Shown: positions 10,098 to 21,200, counted from the stretch's first letter. The stretch: 64,000 bases of DNA from Halanaerobiales bacterium (GCA_018334565.1 JAGXLU010000006.1:6056-70055), one strand, 5' to 3'. Notes: generated by a model not told the origin, from the sequence alone. Numbers and translations: made by a program.

Positions 10098-10132
10098 ATA
10101 TGTCATGAGTTATAATAGGACTCATGACATAT
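10098..10132. repeat. Perfect 13-bp inverted repeat (hairpin or operator candidate)
   Basis: ATATGTCATGAGT (10098-10110), a 9-nt spacer, then ACTCATGACATAT (10120-10132). On the minus strand it is followed by TTTTATC. It lies about 45 nt upstream of the 101-aa ORF start and about 400 nt downstream of queT. Confidence 0.5.
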
Positions 10133-10539
10133 AATAAATTTTATTATGAACTATTGACTTTATTGACCATTATCACCATATTAAAAGTCCTATATCATAG
10201 CTTATTATAAACCACAAGCTTCCTACAGCTTGATTTATCTATTTATTTACATAAATTCACTTCCTGTAATTATGAGACTGTTTTTTAACACCTTTCATTA
10301 AAAACCAAGCCAAAAAACAACTGACATATTAACTAATTTAAGGGTTCGAATTCAGATTATAATTAATTTTCAAAGTAAGTTTAGTCTTGTATTCTCAGTC
10401 ATATTTAAATATATATAAACAAGGTCTACCTTCTTTTAAAAAACATAAACGTCCAGATAACAAAATCCTAAAAAAGATTAAAATATATGTGCTTTATGTA
10501 TATTTAAATTATAACTTAATTTAATATCTAATGCAAGAT

Positions 10540-11016
10540 TTACCGAATTTGTTTATGGGAGGTTCGTCTCTTTTTTAATACCCGTATTAAAGGATAGCCT
10601 AAAAATAAAACCACGACCGCTTCACTAATAGATATTTGAATCACAGTTAACCAATAGGGAATAGCAAAAAGTAAATGCAGATAGATACTAATAAGAAATC
10701 CATTTAGTAAAATTGGACTGAGATATGCAATAAAAGAATCTCTAAAATAGTAAGTCCCATAAGCCGCCAAAAGAGTTACAAGACTCCCTCCCAGTATATC
10801 AACCATACCTAAACCTCCAATAATATTGGAAAGAAAAACACCGATAAATAAAGCTGGGATAGCTTCGGGATATATGATAGGCAAAACAGTTAATGCTTCT
10901 GAAACCCTAAACTGTATGGGGCCAAAACTGATGGGAGATAAAATATATGTGATTATTACATATAAGCCCGCTATCAGGGCTGCTCTTGTTAGATGTTTTG
11001 CCTTCATTACTACCAC
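10540..11016 (-). CDS. queT: Queuosine precursor transporter QueT
   Basis: 158 aa with 5-6 TM helices. The N-terminal region (LTRAALIAGLYVIITYILSPISFGPIQFRVSEALTVLP) is typical of the QueT family. The start may be the ATG at 11007. Confidence 0.75.
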   Translation of the reverse strand: MVVMKAKHLTRAALIAGLYVIITYILSPISFGPIQFRVSEALTVLPIIYPEAIPALFIGVFLSNIIGGLGMVDILGGSLVTLLAAYGTYYFRDSFIAYLSPILLNGFLISIYLHLLFAIPYWLTVIQISISEAVVVLFLGYPLIRVLKKRRTSHKQIR

Positions 11017-11808
11017 TCACTTTTCTTTATTCTCTTTAACTATCTTATAAGAAAACCTATGTAAAGGACAGGGTCCAATATCCTTAATAGCTTCTATGTG
11101 TTCTTGTGTTCCATACCCCTTATTACTTAAAAAATTATAGGAAGGATAACTACTATGTAATTCATCCATTATGCAATCCCTTGTTACTTTGGCGATAATC
11201 GAAGCTGCACTAATTGCATTAACTTTGAGGTCTCCACCTACAATAGCCCTTTGTTTATAATCAATATCGGGAATAGTATAACTACCATCAATCAGTAAAA
11301 ATTCAGGGCTTATCTGTAGGTCTTCTACTGCTCTTCTCATCGCCAAAAAAGTTGCCTGATGAATGTTTAAACGATCAATAATGGTATTACTAACAATACC
11401 AATGCCAACTCTCGCTTTATCAAAAATGGTTTTAAAGAGTCTTTCCCGTGCTTTTGAACTCAATTTTTTAGAATCTGTTAAACCTAAAATGGGTTTATTT
11501 AAATCTAGGACCACAGCAGAAGATACTACGGGACCGGCCAAAGGACCGCGACCTGCTTCGTCTATACCGGCAATCATTTGAAATCCTTTTTTTTGAAGTT
11601 GATAAATAATTCCATTCTGTTTATGCCAATTTTCTTTTTGAATTTCTTTCTTTTTTTTGGCACGCTTTATTTTTTGAGCAATTTTCTTTACACCCTTACG
11701 GTAATCAGTAGAAAGTTTTTTTATAATATCATTTTCTATTTTTTCGATCTCACTAAATCCTTCAACAAAATTATTTATTTCGCTGATTGTCATTTTTTCA
11801 AAATTCAT
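11017..11808 (-). CDS. rnhB: Ribonuclease HII
   Basis: The GIDEAGRGPLAGPVV motif and the C-terminal DSK/KVTRD blocks are present. The track ORF extends to 11832; I chose the ATG at 11808 (MNFEKMTISEI) by similarity to the Bacillus RnhB N-terminus. The start remains ambiguous. Confidence 0.9.
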   Translation of the reverse strand: MNFEKMTISEINNFVEGFSEIEKIENDIIKKLSTDYRKGVKKIAQKIKRAKKKKEIQKENWHKQNGIIYQLQKKGFQMIAGIDEAGRGPLAGPVVSSAVVLDLNKPILGLTDSKKLSSKARERLFKTIFDKARVGIGIVSNTIIDRLNIHQATFLAMRRAVEDLQISPEFLLIDGSYTIPDIDYKQRAIVGGDLKVNAISAASIIAKVTRDCIMDELHSSYPSYNFLSNKGYGTQEHIEAIKDIGPCPLHRFSYKIVKENKEK

Positions 11809-12658
11809 AATTATCACTTTCCGGACGCTCAAGTGAGATTCTACCTAGAAAACCTTTTTGAAAATCATTGATAAGAATCTGAGCTGTTCTATTTCGATCT
11901 ATTTTCCCACCACTCATCAAACAGCCTCTCTTTCTTCCTATTTTAGCCAAAATATCGTAGGGGTGTACTTTTGAATCTGTATTAATATTGTAGTGATCTA
12001 TAATTCGTTTTAATCTGTTCAGTTTTTTTAATAATTTCAATAACTTATATGCCGCAGTTTCAGCATCAACTTTCTTTAATTCAACAGCACCTGTTAAGAC
12101 CAACTTATAGGCGGTTTCTTCGTCTTTTGCTTTGGGATAAAGAATACCAGGCATATCCAATAGATCTATATTTTCTTTTACCCCGATCCACTGTTTACCC
12201 CTTGTTACACCCGGTTTATTACCTGTCTTAGCAGATGACCTTTTGACTATTCCATTGATAAGGGCAGACTTGCCAACATTGGGTATACCTATTACAATTA
12301 CTCTGATCGCCCTTTTTTTAATTCCTTTTTCAACTCTTATTTCGTTAATTGTAGTCTGCATCTGTTCCATTAAATCTATCAAATCTTCTATTCCCTTTTT
12401 CTGGGGGGAATTTATCTTGATACAGCTTAGCTTCTTTTTAATTATATTCCGCCAGCTGTTGGTATATTTTTCTTCAGCCAAATCAATCTTATTTAACACA
12501 ATTATTCTTTCTTTGTTTTTTATAATATCTTTAATTTCTTCATTATGACTGCTGTCAGGAATCCTTGCATCTAAAACTTCTACAACAAGATCGATATTTT
12601 TCAAACTCTCTTTGAGTACCCGCTTAGCTTTAGCCATATGTCCAGGGTATATATCCAT
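11798..12658 (-). CDS. rbgA: Ribosome biogenesis GTPase A (YlqF/RbgA)
   Basis: FPGHMAKA-like N-terminus (YPGHMAKAKR) and a circularly permuted GTPase motif order: NKIDL, then GIPNVGKS, then DMPG. Confidence 0.9.
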   Translation of the reverse strand: MDIYPGHMAKAKRVLKESLKNIDLVVEVLDARIPDSSHNEEIKDIIKNKERIIVLNKIDLAEEKYTNSWRNIIKKKLSCIKINSPQKKGIEDLIDLMEQMQTTINEIRVEKGIKKRAIRVIVIGIPNVGKSALINGIVKRSSAKTGNKPGVTRGKQWIGVKENIDLLDMPGILYPKAKDEETAYKLVLTGAVELKKVDAETAAYKLLKLLKKLNRLKRIIDHYNINTDSKVHPYDILAKIGRKRGCLMSGGKIDRNRTAQILINDFQKGFLGRISLERPESDNYEF

Positions 12659-12670
12659 TTATCTCACCTC

Positions 12671-12712
12671 AAAAAACAAATAAAGGGTGCTGGAATTAAA
12701 CCTTCACCCTTT
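12671..12712 (-). terminator. Intrinsic terminator after rplS
   Basis: A minus-strand AAAGGGTG...CACCCTTT stem (12682-12689 with 12705-12712) starts 12 nt after the rplS stop and is followed by ATTTGTTTTTT. Confidence 0.55.
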
Positions 12713-12723
12713 AAAATGATTAT

Positions 12724-13068
12724 CTATCTTTTTTCTTTAATACGAGCTTTTTTACCCTTTCTTTCTCTTAAGTAATATAATTTTGCTCTACTTACATCAC
12801 CTTTGCGTATTACTTTAAAACTTGCGATTTTTGGGCTGTGTAAAGGGAAGATCCTCTCTACCCCTACTCCATGTGAAAATTTTCTAACAGTCAAAGTCTC
12901 ACTAACTCCTCCGCCTTTACGAGATATTACAACACCTTCATATTGCTGCAACCTCTCTTTTCCACCTTCTACAACTTTTATTCTTAAGCTGACCGTATCT
13001 CCAGCTATAAATTCAGGTAAATCGTCCCTCATATTTTCTTTATCAATATTATCTATAATATTCATCAT
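12724..13068 (-). CDS. rplS: 50S ribosomal protein L19
   Basis: Strong identity to L19 (DLPEF..GD...[18 protein letters not shown]...GGG..ET.TVRK...GVGVER.FPLHSP). The start is set at the ATG pair 13068/13065, just after a GGAGGT ribosome-binding site, rather than the track start at 13089. Confidence 0.95.
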   Translation of the reverse strand: MMNIIDNIDKENMRDDLPEFIAGDTVSLRIKVVEGGKERLQQYEGVVISRKGGGVSETLTVRKFSHGVGVERIFPLHSPKIASFKVIRKGDVSRAKLYYLRERKGKKARIKEKR

Positions 13069-13105
13069 TTTACCTCCTTTCTTAACCATAATTAAAATTA
13101 TATAT

Positions 13106-13663
13106 TCAGGATAAAAGTCTGTCTAAAATAATAGACGCAGCACTTCTCACTGAAAGATGATTATAATCAGTATTACCGGTTATTGGTTCTAAAAGATAAT
13201 CAGATCGCTCAATAATCTCCTTACTCAATCCCCAACCAGTACCAAATATAATTATATAGGCATTATTATTTTTATTAATTTCTTTTTTCATTTTTGCATA
13301 AGAAATGGTTTCTTTAGAACTCTGGGCACTTGTTGTAACTAAAATAGGTTCTTGCTCAGTCAATATTTTTATATCTGAAATTACATCTTCTAACTTATCA
13401 CTAATCTCCAAAACCTTAAATGCCTGATGTCTTGTGTTGTTATAATCAGAGCCAAATCCACTTGTCCAATAATCTCTCATTCTTTTTACTAAAGATTGCT
13501 GTGATTTTAACTGATTTACAACATAATATTTTTTGATGCCATAAGTCTTTGCTGCCCTTGAGATATCATGTAAGTCATAGTTGGTAACCGTAGTAGTGAT
13601 AATATCACCGTCTTTATTATAAACAGGGTAATGTAGTAAAGCAATAAATACATTTTTGTTCAT
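13106..13663 (-). CDS. SPOUT-superfamily RNA methyltransferase (Methyltrn_RNA_4/COG4752-like), substrate unknown
   Basis: 185 aa. The N-terminus [37 protein letters not shown] is typical of this family. It overlaps the trmD stop by 4 nt. Confidence 0.65.
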   Translation of the reverse strand: MNKNVFIALLHYPVYNKDGDIITTTVTNYDLHDISRAAKTYGIKKYYVVNQLKSQQSLVKRMRDYWTSGFGSDYNNTRHQAFKVLEISDKLEDVISDIKILTEQEPILVTTSAQSSKETISYAKMKKEINKNNNAYIIIFGTGWGLSKEIIERSDYLLEPITGNTDYNHLSVRSAASIILDRLLS

Positions 13664-14412
13664 TTTTTAGGTTCTCCCTCTATTTCTTCTTTTATCTCTT
13701 CTAATAGTTCTTTTTGTTGCTCTGTCATTTCTGTTTTTTTTAACAAATCAGGCCTCATCAAATAAGTTTTCCTTAAGGCCTCTTTTTTTCTCCACCTGTC
13801 AATTAGCTGATGATTACCGCTTAAAAGAATTGGTGGAACCTCCATACCTTTAAAAGTTCTCGGCCTTGTATAATGAGGATAATCTAAAATACCCCTATAG
13901 TATGAATCATTTTTTTTGGAATCAGCATGACCTAAAACATCTGGTAACATACGAGATACTGCATCAACTAATACCATTGCTGGTATTTCTCCCCCTGTTA
14001 GCACATAATCGCCTATAGATATTTCATAATCAATATAATTATCACTGACACGTTGATCAACACCTTCATAATGTCCACAGATCAATATTAAATGATCTTC
14101 TTTACTAAATTCTTTAACCATCTTTTGATCTAAACGTTGACCACGTGGGGTTAATAAAATATTGCTTGGCTTTTTTTTCAAATTATCTGTAATATCCTCT
14201 AATGCATAATAAATGGGATCAATTTTTAAGACCATACCAGCTCCACCACCATAAGGATAATCATCGGCAGTATTATGCTTATCAGTAGTATAATCTCTAA
14301 TATCTATTAGATTTATCTCTATAAGACCATTTTCTTTCGCCTTTTTGATTATACTATCTGAAAAGGGGCCTGCAAACATCTCAGGAAATAATGTTAATAT
14401 ATCAAATTTCAT
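13660..14412 (-). CDS. trmD: tRNA (guanine37-N1)-methyltransferase
   Basis: [14 protein letters not shown]-terminus, [12 protein letters not shown] and [10 protein letters not shown] motifs. Confidence 0.95.
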   Translation of the reverse strand: MKFDILTLFPEMFAGPFSDSIIKKAKENGLIEINLIDIRDYTTDKHNTADDYPYGGGAGMVLKIDPIYYALEDITDNLKKKPSNILLTPRGQRLDQKMVKEFSKEDHLILICGHYEGVDQRVSDNYIDYEISIGDYVLTGGEIPAMVLVDAVSRMLPDVLGHADSKKNDSYYRGILDYPHYTRPRTFKGMEVPPILLSGNHQLIDRWRKKEALRKTYLMRPDLLKKTEMTEQQKELLEEIKEEIEGEPKK

Positions 14413-14430
14413 TTTCTACACTCCTGAAGT

Positions 14431-14958
14431 TTATAAATCTAAAATTCCCTTAACCGGCTCTATTAATATTTCTTTATTTTCCAGATCTATCTTTTTTATA
14501 TATTCTTTACTCATGGGAATCATATACTCTTTTTTTCTGCCTTGAATCAATAATATATCTGTACCCTTTGTATCAATTACATCAATTATTTTACCCAACA
14601 TTTGATGGTTTAATAAAAATACAGTTAAATCAAGAAGCTGATCCACATAATATTGATCATCAGCCAGATCCAGGATTTCATCTTTTTTTATTTTGACTTC
14701 ATAATTTCTATATTTTAATGCATCTCCAATATTATCTATACCGGATAGATGTATAATAACAAAATTTTTATGAAACCAAATCTTTTTGACCTCTTTTTTT
14801 ATTGTAGTGCTTTGCTCAGGACTAACTAAAAATACCTCTTTTAGTAATTCAAATCTTTTTAAATTATCTATATAAGGCATTAACCGTAATTCACCTTTAT
14901 TACCCTGATTTTTAGTGATTTTACCAAGACTTACTAATTCATTCATCTTTTTCACCAT
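14431..14958 (-). CDS. rimM: 16S rRNA processing protein RimM
   Basis: 175 aa, G..GE.R. N-terminal block, and the conserved position between the KH protein and trmD. Confidence 0.85.
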   Translation of the reverse strand: MVKKMNELVSLGKITKNQGNKGELRLMPYIDNLKRFELLKEVFLVSPEQSTTIKKEVKKIWFHKNFVIIHLSGIDNIGDALKYRNYEVKIKKDEILDLADDQYYVDQLLDLTVFLLNHQMLGKIIDVIDTKGTDILLIQGRKKEYMIPMSKEYIKKIDLENKEILIEPVKGILDL

Positions 14959-14961
14959 TTA

Positions 14962-15189
14962 TTATTTTATTTTAAGTTCAACTTTCTTGCCTTCTTTTGT
15001 AGCAGAAGCCTTAACTACCTTACGAATAGCTCTGGCAATCCTGCCCTGTTTACCTATTACTTTACCCATATCATCGTCAGCTACCGATAATTCTATTACT
15101 ATAACACCATCATCATTTCTAAGAGCAGTTTCTACCTTTTTAGGTTGATCTACAATATTTTTTGCAATAACTTCAACTAATTCTTCCAC
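14962..15189 (-). CDS. ylqC: KH domain RNA-binding protein (UPF0109, YlqC-like)
   Basis: 75 aa with VGKVIGKQGRIARAIR, the KH GxxG motif. It sits in the conserved position after rpsP. Confidence 0.85.
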   Translation of the reverse strand: MEELVEVIAKNIVDQPKKVETALRNDDGVIVIELSVADDDMGKVIGKQGRIARAIRKVVKASATKEGKKVELKIK

Positions 15190-15205
15190 AGGAGTAACCT
15201 CCTTT

Positions 15206-15472
15206 TTACTCTTTCTGATTTAAAAATTTCTTATAAATACCTGATTTTTTCATCAAGCTTTTTACTGTATTAGACGGTTTTGCACCATTGTTTAACCATT
15301 TAAGAGCCTTTTCTTCATCGATTTTATATGTGGCAGGTTCAGTTGTAGGATCATAGTAACCTAATTCTTCCACAAATCTTCCAATAGGAGCATTACTTGA
15401 ATCAGAAACCACCAACCTATAGGAAGCACTTCTTTTTTTACCCATCCTTTTTAACCTTATTTTTACAGCCAT
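15206..15472 (-). CDS. rpsP: 30S ribosomal protein S16
   Basis: [15 protein letters not shown]-terminus. The second of two adjacent ATGs was chosen because it sits 7 nt after GGAGGTG. Confidence 0.95.
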   Translation of the reverse strand: MAVKIRLKRMGKKRSASYRLVVSDSSNAPIGRFVEELGYYDPTTEPATYKIDEEKALKWLNNGAKPSNTVKSLMKKSGIYKKFLNQKE

Positions 15473-15516
15473 CATCCTTCACCTCCTCTTGTTTCTGTAT
15501 CTTTAATTATTTATTA

Positions 15517-16854
15517 TTAAAATGGTAAATTCATATTACCCATTAAACCCTTAGCCTTACCACTGTTAAATTTCTTAATCATCTTTTTGGTCTGTCTGTA
15601 TTGTTTCAATAATCTGTTTACTTCTTGAATGCTGGTTCCACTGCCAGTGGCAATCCTTTTTCTACGGCTTCCATTGATAATATCAGGATCATTTCTTTCT
15701 TCTTTGGTCATTGAATTAATAATAGCTTCAATATGATCAAGCTGTTTATCATCTACCTGCAGATTCTTTAACTGTTTCATATTACCCATACCGGGCAACA
15801 TACCCATAATCTGATCTAAAGGCCCCATATCTCTTAGTTGTTCTAACTGATCTAAGAAGTCATCAAAGGTAAATTGATTGTTTTTTAACCTTTTTTCCAG
15901 CTTAGCAGCCTTTTCTTTGTCAATTGCCTCTTCTGCTTTCTCGATCAAACTCAAAACATCTCCCATACCGAGTATCCTGTTGGACATTCTATCAGGATGA
16001 AAAGGCTCAAAATTATCTAGTTTCTCTCCAGTACCGATAAATTTAATCGGTTTACCTGTCACTGCTTTAACTGATAAGGCTGCCCCACCACGAGCATCAC
16101 CATCAAGTTTAGTTAAAATTACTCCATTAATACCTAGACTTTTATCAAAATTTTCTGAGACATTTACTGCATCCTGACCAGTCATCGAATCAACTACCAA
16201 TAATATCTCATCAGGATCAGTCTCGTTTTTAATCTCTTTTAGTTCCTCCATCATTTCTTCATCTATATGCAATCTCCCGGCCGTATCTAATATAACAATA
16301 TCATGACCAGCAGTTTTTGCTTTACTTAAGCCTGCTTTTATGATATCAACTGGATCTTGTTTATCGCCCATAGAAAAGACTGGTACTTCAAGTCTATCCC
16401 CCAGAATTTGCAGTTGTTTTATAGCTGCTGGTCTATATATATCACCGGCCACTAAAAGGGGGGTTTTACCCTGTTTTTTAAACATCTTAGATAGCTTTCC
16501 TGCAGTAGTGGTTTTACCTGAACCCTGTAATCCAACCAGCATTATCAAGGTTGGTGGTTCAGAAGAAATATTTACTTCACTTTGTTCTCCCCCCATTAAA
16601 TTAGTCAGTTCTTCATTAACTATTTTGACAACCTGCTGTGCAGGAGTTAGACTCTCCATAACTTCCTGTCCAACAGCTCTTTTTTTGATTCTACTAATGA
16701 GGTTCTTGACAACTTTATAGTTAACATCAGCTTCTAGCAAAGCAAGTTTAACTTCCCTTAAAGCTGTTTCAACATCCTTTTCATTAAGTTTGCCCTTACC
16801 ACTCAATTTTTTTAAAGTATCCTGTAATTTTTCCGCTAAACCTGAAAATATCAT
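15517..16854 (-). CDS. ffh: Signal recognition particle protein Ffh
   Basis: SRP54-type GTPase motifs (GLQGSGKTTT, DTAGR, TKLDGD) and a Met-rich M domain. Confidence 0.95.
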   Translation of the reverse strand: MIFSGLAEKLQDTLKKLSGKGKLNEKDVETALREVKLALLEADVNYKVVKNLISRIKKRAVGQEVMESLTPAQQVVKIVNEELTNLMGGEQSEVNISSEPPTLIMLVGLQGSGKTTTAGKLSKMFKKQGKTPLLVAGDIYRPAAIKQLQILGDRLEVPVFSMGDKQDPVDIIKAGLSKAKTAGHDIVILDTAGRLHIDEEMMEELKEIKNETDPDEILLVVDSMTGQDAVNVSENFDKSLGINGVILTKLDGDARGGAALSVKAVTGKPIKFIGTGEKLDNFEPFHPDRMSNRILGMGDVLSLIEKAEEAIDKEKAAKLEKRLKNNQFTFDDFLDQLEQLRDMGPLDQIMGMLPGMGNMKQLKNLQVDDKQLDHIEAIINSMTKEERNDPDIINGSRRKRIATGSGTSIQEVNRLLKQYRQTKKMIKKFNSGKAKGLMGNMNLPF

Positions 16855-16873
16855 TTAAAATAGTACCTCCAGC

Positions 16874-17218
16874 TTAAATATATTTATTAATTTCTTGCAA
16901 CCTCTTAAGCAGTTTTTCCTTTATCTCACAATTAATTTCCTTACTATCTTTTATTAATCTACTTAATTTATCTATTTTCTGGCTGTTCTTTTTATTTTTT
17001 TCAGCCAATTTCAGCTTATTTTCATATGATTTTAAGGCCTCTTCTGCTCTGTGTAGATGGTCATAAACTCCCTGCCGACTGATTTTTATATTACTCGCAA
17101 TCTCTCCTAAAGAAAGATCTTGATAATAATACAGTTCAACAATTTCTTTTTGCTTATCAGTCAAAAGTCCACCATAATAATCAAACAAGAGACTTATTTC
17201 GATCGTTCTATCCAACAT
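16874..17218 (-). CDS. ylxM: UPF0122 putative DNA-binding protein YlxM
   Basis: MLDRTIEISLLFDYYGGLLTDKQKEIVELYYYQDLSLGEIA aligns with Bacillus YlxM. The start is moved to the ATG at 17218. Confidence 0.85.
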   Translation of the reverse strand: MLDRTIEISLLFDYYGGLLTDKQKEIVELYYYQDLSLGEIASNIKISRQGVYDHLHRAEEALKSYENKLKLAEKNKKNSQKIDKLSRLIKDSKEINCEIKEKLLKRLQEINKYI

Positions 17219-17271
17219 TTTTACCACCATGCCTGTTAAGTATTATTACTTTACAGTTACTCACAAAGCAT

Positions 17272-17300
17272 ATTATAACTGATTGCATGACTGATGTCAA
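17272..17300 (-). promoter_or_regulatory. Consensus sigma-A promoter upstream of ylxM-ffh
   Basis: The minus strand reads TTGACA-17 nt-TATAAT exactly (-35 at 17295-17300, -10 at 17272-17277). Confidence 0.7.
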
Positions 17301-17310
17301 GGCTCAAATT

Positions 17311-18270
17311 TTAAGAAAACAAAGCTTCAACAAATTGTTCTGGATCAAAAACCTGTAAGTCGTTTTCCCCTTCTCCCACCCCGATTAATTTAATTGGGAT
17401 ATCCAATTCATCCTTGACAGCAATTACAATGCCTCCCTTAGCAGTTCCATCAAGTTTGGTTAGAGCAATTCCATCGATATTGACAGCTTTATCAAATATC
17501 TTGGCTTGAGATATGGCATTCTGTCCATTTGTGGCATCTAAGATTAGTAATAGCTGTTTATGAGCTTCTTCAGCTTCTTTGTAAACCACCCTTTTGACTT
17601 TTTTTAGTTCTTCCATTAAGTTCTTTTGGGTATGCAGGCGGCCGGCTGTATCTATAATGAGTAAGTCTACATCCTTTGACCGAGCGGACTGAATAGCATC
17701 ATATGCTACTGCAGCTGCATCGGAACCTTCTTTTTGGGCAACAAGCCTTAATCCCAACCTATTAGTCCAGACCTCCAATTGATCTATTGCAGCAGCTCTA
17801 AAAGTATCACAAGCAGCTATCATAACATCTTTATTTTGTTTTTTATATTTACTGGCTATTTTAGCTATCGTAGTAGTCTTTCCCGAACCATTAACACCAA
17901 CCACTATTATTATATTAAGACCTTTTTTTAGGATCAATCCACCCTTTTCTTCCTGTAGAAATTCACTTAGTTCTTCTTTGAATACTTTGTAAAACTCCTC
18001 TGTGTTTTCTATTTCTTCTTTTTTAACTTTAACCTTAAGGTCATCTATCATTTTCATTGTGGTATGAACGCCAATATCAGCCTGTATTAATACCTCTTCC
18101 AACTCATCAAAAAATTTATCATCTAACTCTTTATCCTTAGAAAATAAATCATTAATTTTGGAGAATATACCACTTTTGGTTTTATTGAGACCATCCTTTA
18201 ATTTTTCAAAAAGACCATTTTCTGTTTCTTTTGCTTCTTTTTTATCTTCCACATTTTTAAAAATAGACAT
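17311..18270 (-). CDS. ftsY: Signal recognition particle receptor FtsY
   Basis: GVNGSGKTTT, DTAGRL and TKLDGTAKGG motifs, with an acidic N-terminal region. Confidence 0.95.
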   Translation of the reverse strand: MSIFKNVEDKKEAKETENGLFEKLKDGLNKTKSGIFSKINDLFSKDKELDDKFFDELEEVLIQADIGVHTTMKMIDDLKVKVKKEEIENTEEFYKVFKEELSEFLQEEKGGLILKKGLNIIIVVGVNGSGKTTTIAKIASKYKKQNKDVMIAACDTFRAAAIDQLEVWTNRLGLRLVAQKEGSDAAAVAYDAIQSARSKDVDLLIIDTAGRLHTQKNLMEELKKVKRVVYKEAEEAHKQLLLILDATNGQNAISQAKIFDKAVNIDGIALTKLDGTAKGGIVIAVKDELDIPIKLIGVGEGENDLQVFDPEQFVEALFS

Positions 18271-18293
18271 TATATCTCATGCTCCTTTTTATA

Positions 18294-21200
18294 TTATTGT
18301 ATTTGCTCTTTCAAATTAAGAGACACCAATTCAGTTGTACCTTTATCAGTCATTGTTAATCCATAAATATTATTGACTGCCGTCATCATATGTTTACGAT
18401 GGGTGACAACAACGAACTGTGCAAAATCTGTATATTCTTTTAAAAAATTGGAAAAGCGAACCACATTAACATCATCTAAAGGTGCATCTATTTCATCCAG
18501 TATATAAAAGGGACTGGGATTTACTCTAAGTAATGCAAAGACCAGTGCAATAGCTGTTAAAGCCCTTTCTCCTCCTGATAATAGGGTTAATTTCTTTAAT
18601 TTTTTCCCAGGAGGTTGTGCTATGATTTCTACTCCGGTATCCAATAATGCTGTTTCATCTACAAGACTTAATTCGGCTCTCCCACCATTAAAAAGCTCCA
18701 CAAAAACATCCTCAAATTGTTCTTTGATTTCATAAAAAGTGGTTTTGAATTTATCCATCATGCTTTCTTCAATTCTGCTTATTATATTAAGAATGGACTT
18801 TTTAGCATCTTCTAAATCAACCTGTTGTTCATGCAGGTAATCCAGGCGCTTTTTCAATTCTTCATATTCCTGAATAGATCCTGGATTGATGTGTCCTAAT
18901 TTTGCTATTTTATCTCTTAATTGCTGAACTCTTTCTTCAATTTTTTTTGGATCTTTGACTGGCTCTCGTTTTTGATATGTATCTTCTTTGATATTAAAAT
19001 CATATTCATTAGATAATCTGTCTTCAATACTCTCCATTTTATCAGTTTTTTTTGTGTAATCAATATTAACTCTATAGAGAACTTCCTTTTTATTGTTCAA
19101 GTCCTCATTTAATTTTTCTACTAATCTATCCAGTTTTTCATGCTCTTGGCGCAGTTTCTGTAATTCATCCTCTAATTCAATAACTTCCTGGTGGGCATCT
19201 TCAACCTGTTGATCATATTCTTTTTTCTGCTGGATCAGTTTTGATTTCTTTTTTTCAAGATCTTCAACTTCATTTTTGATTTCATTCAGCCTAGCTTTTT
19301 TATCAGCCATATCGGCTTTATTTTTCGTTACTGCTTCTTTATGGTTTTCAATTTCTTTTTTTATACTTTTTATTTTTTCCTGTTGAGTAGCATATTTGAC
19401 CCGTATATCAGTTAACTTTTCCCGCATATTTTCTGTTTGTGCATTAAGTAAATTTATCTTTTTTTGTTTTTTTTGTATAATATCTTTCTTTTGATCATAA
19501 TCTTTATTATCTCTTTTAAAAATATTGTCCATATTATTTTTTTCGTTTTTTAGTCTATTAACAGCTTCTTTTTCTTCAACTATCTTATCTTTAATATCTT
19601 CTATCTTAGTATTGATTTTTTTACTTTGCTCTCTCAGCTCATCTTTTTGGCTGATGAGATTGTCTTCTTTTAACTTAAGCTGCTGATATTCTTTATCTAA
19701 TCCATCTTTTTTATCAACAAACTCTTCGATATCAGTCTTCCTTTCAAGCCCCTTTTTCACGAGGCTGTCAACTTTGGAATTGATATCTTTAATCTCTTCT
19801 TTAAGTTCGCGTATCTCTCGCTTACGATTTAATAAATCATTTTTCATTTGCTGGCGGCTGCCACCTGAAATTGAACCACCAGGATATATTACATCCCCAT
19901 CTTGGCTGACTATTTTGTATTTTTTATCTACAATATTTGAAATTTTAACAGCAGACTCCAAATCTTTAACTATAATTGTCCTACCCATTAAATAATTCAT
20001 TACCTTTACATATTTATCAGCAAAGTTAACAAAATCAACAGCTAGGCCTAAAAAGCCTGTTGTCTGTTTTAAATTGCCAGTTAAAAGCCTTCTTTTTGAT
20101 TTGAGAGATTCTATTGGCAAAAAAGTTGCCCTGCCTTGCTCAACCTCTTTTAAATAATTAATACAAAGTTGAGCAGTCTTGTCATTTTTTACTACAATAT
20201 TTTGCAATTTATTACCCAAGACTGAATTTATTGAGACTTCAAATTCTTTTTTAACATCAATTAATTCCGCCACTGCACCATACATTTCGGGAAAACGCTC
20301 TGATTCTTTTAAAATACTTTTAACACCTTTATAATAGCCTGAATAATCTTTTTGAAGATCTTCAATAAACTCTTTGCGCGACTTCTTTTTATAAAGTTTG
20401 TCCTGAATACTTTCATATTTGTTTTTTAGTTTTTCATATTGATTACGGTGATTTTTTAGCTGTTTTTTTGTTTCTTTAAAATCATTGATTGCTTGCTCCA
20501 TCTTCTGTTTTGTTCTCGACTCCATTTTTTCGTTCTCAACAATTTTATTTTCAAAATGAGCTTTGTTGGTCAATAATTCTTCTTTTGTGTTTTTAAAATC
20601 CTTGATAACACGCTCTTTGTATTTGAGCTTTTCCTCTAATCTATCAAATTTTCTCTTCAGCTGACTAATATCGGCATTTTCTTCCAGAATATTTTCGCGG
20701 TAATTATTTAACTCTTCTCTCAGTTGCTTGAGATACTCAGTTCTGATCTGATAATCATCAGTAACCCCTACCTTTTTTTCAGCCATTAAACCGAGTTTTT
20801 TGTTTTCCTGTTCGTAGTTTTTATTAAGTTTAGAGAGTTTATTTCTTCTCTGATTCAAATCCTCTTTTAGCTTATTTAACTCTTTTTTTAGTTCGTCTTC
20901 TTCTCTTTTTAGATTGTTTTTTCTTTCTTTTATTATATTAATCCTGTTTTTTAATTCTTCATTTTTAGTTCTCAGCTGATAGTAATTATCTTTTTTGTCA
21001 TCATAATTAACTTCAACTTCTCTCAGTCTGGCTTTTTTTTGCTTCAGCTTTTCCTTTTTTTGTTCGGCAATATTTTCTTTTTCTTCTAAAGCTTCTTCTA
21101 GCCTATCTTTTTTATTGGAAAGTGTTTTTAATTTTTCAGAAAAATCATCATATTGATCCAACAAGAGGTTGATCTCTATATCTTCTAACTCACCCCTCAT

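Noticed and set aside
11007-11060. An expected preQ1 riboswitch in front of queT
   Set aside because: queT starts directly at the rnhB stop codon, so there is no intergenic leader. I saw no preQ1-type hairpin with an A-rich tail in the last codons of rnhB.
16340-16720. A 126-aa plus-strand ORF antisense to ffh, and similar long antisense ORFs at 52353-52757 (134 aa, in dxs), 12243-12548, 12803-13114, 8688-8963 and 53099-53386
   Set aside because: All lie fully inside strongly supported minus-strand genes and have low-complexity Ser/Leu/Ile/Phe-rich translations. I found no ribosome-binding sites. They look like by-products of codon bias on the opposite strand.
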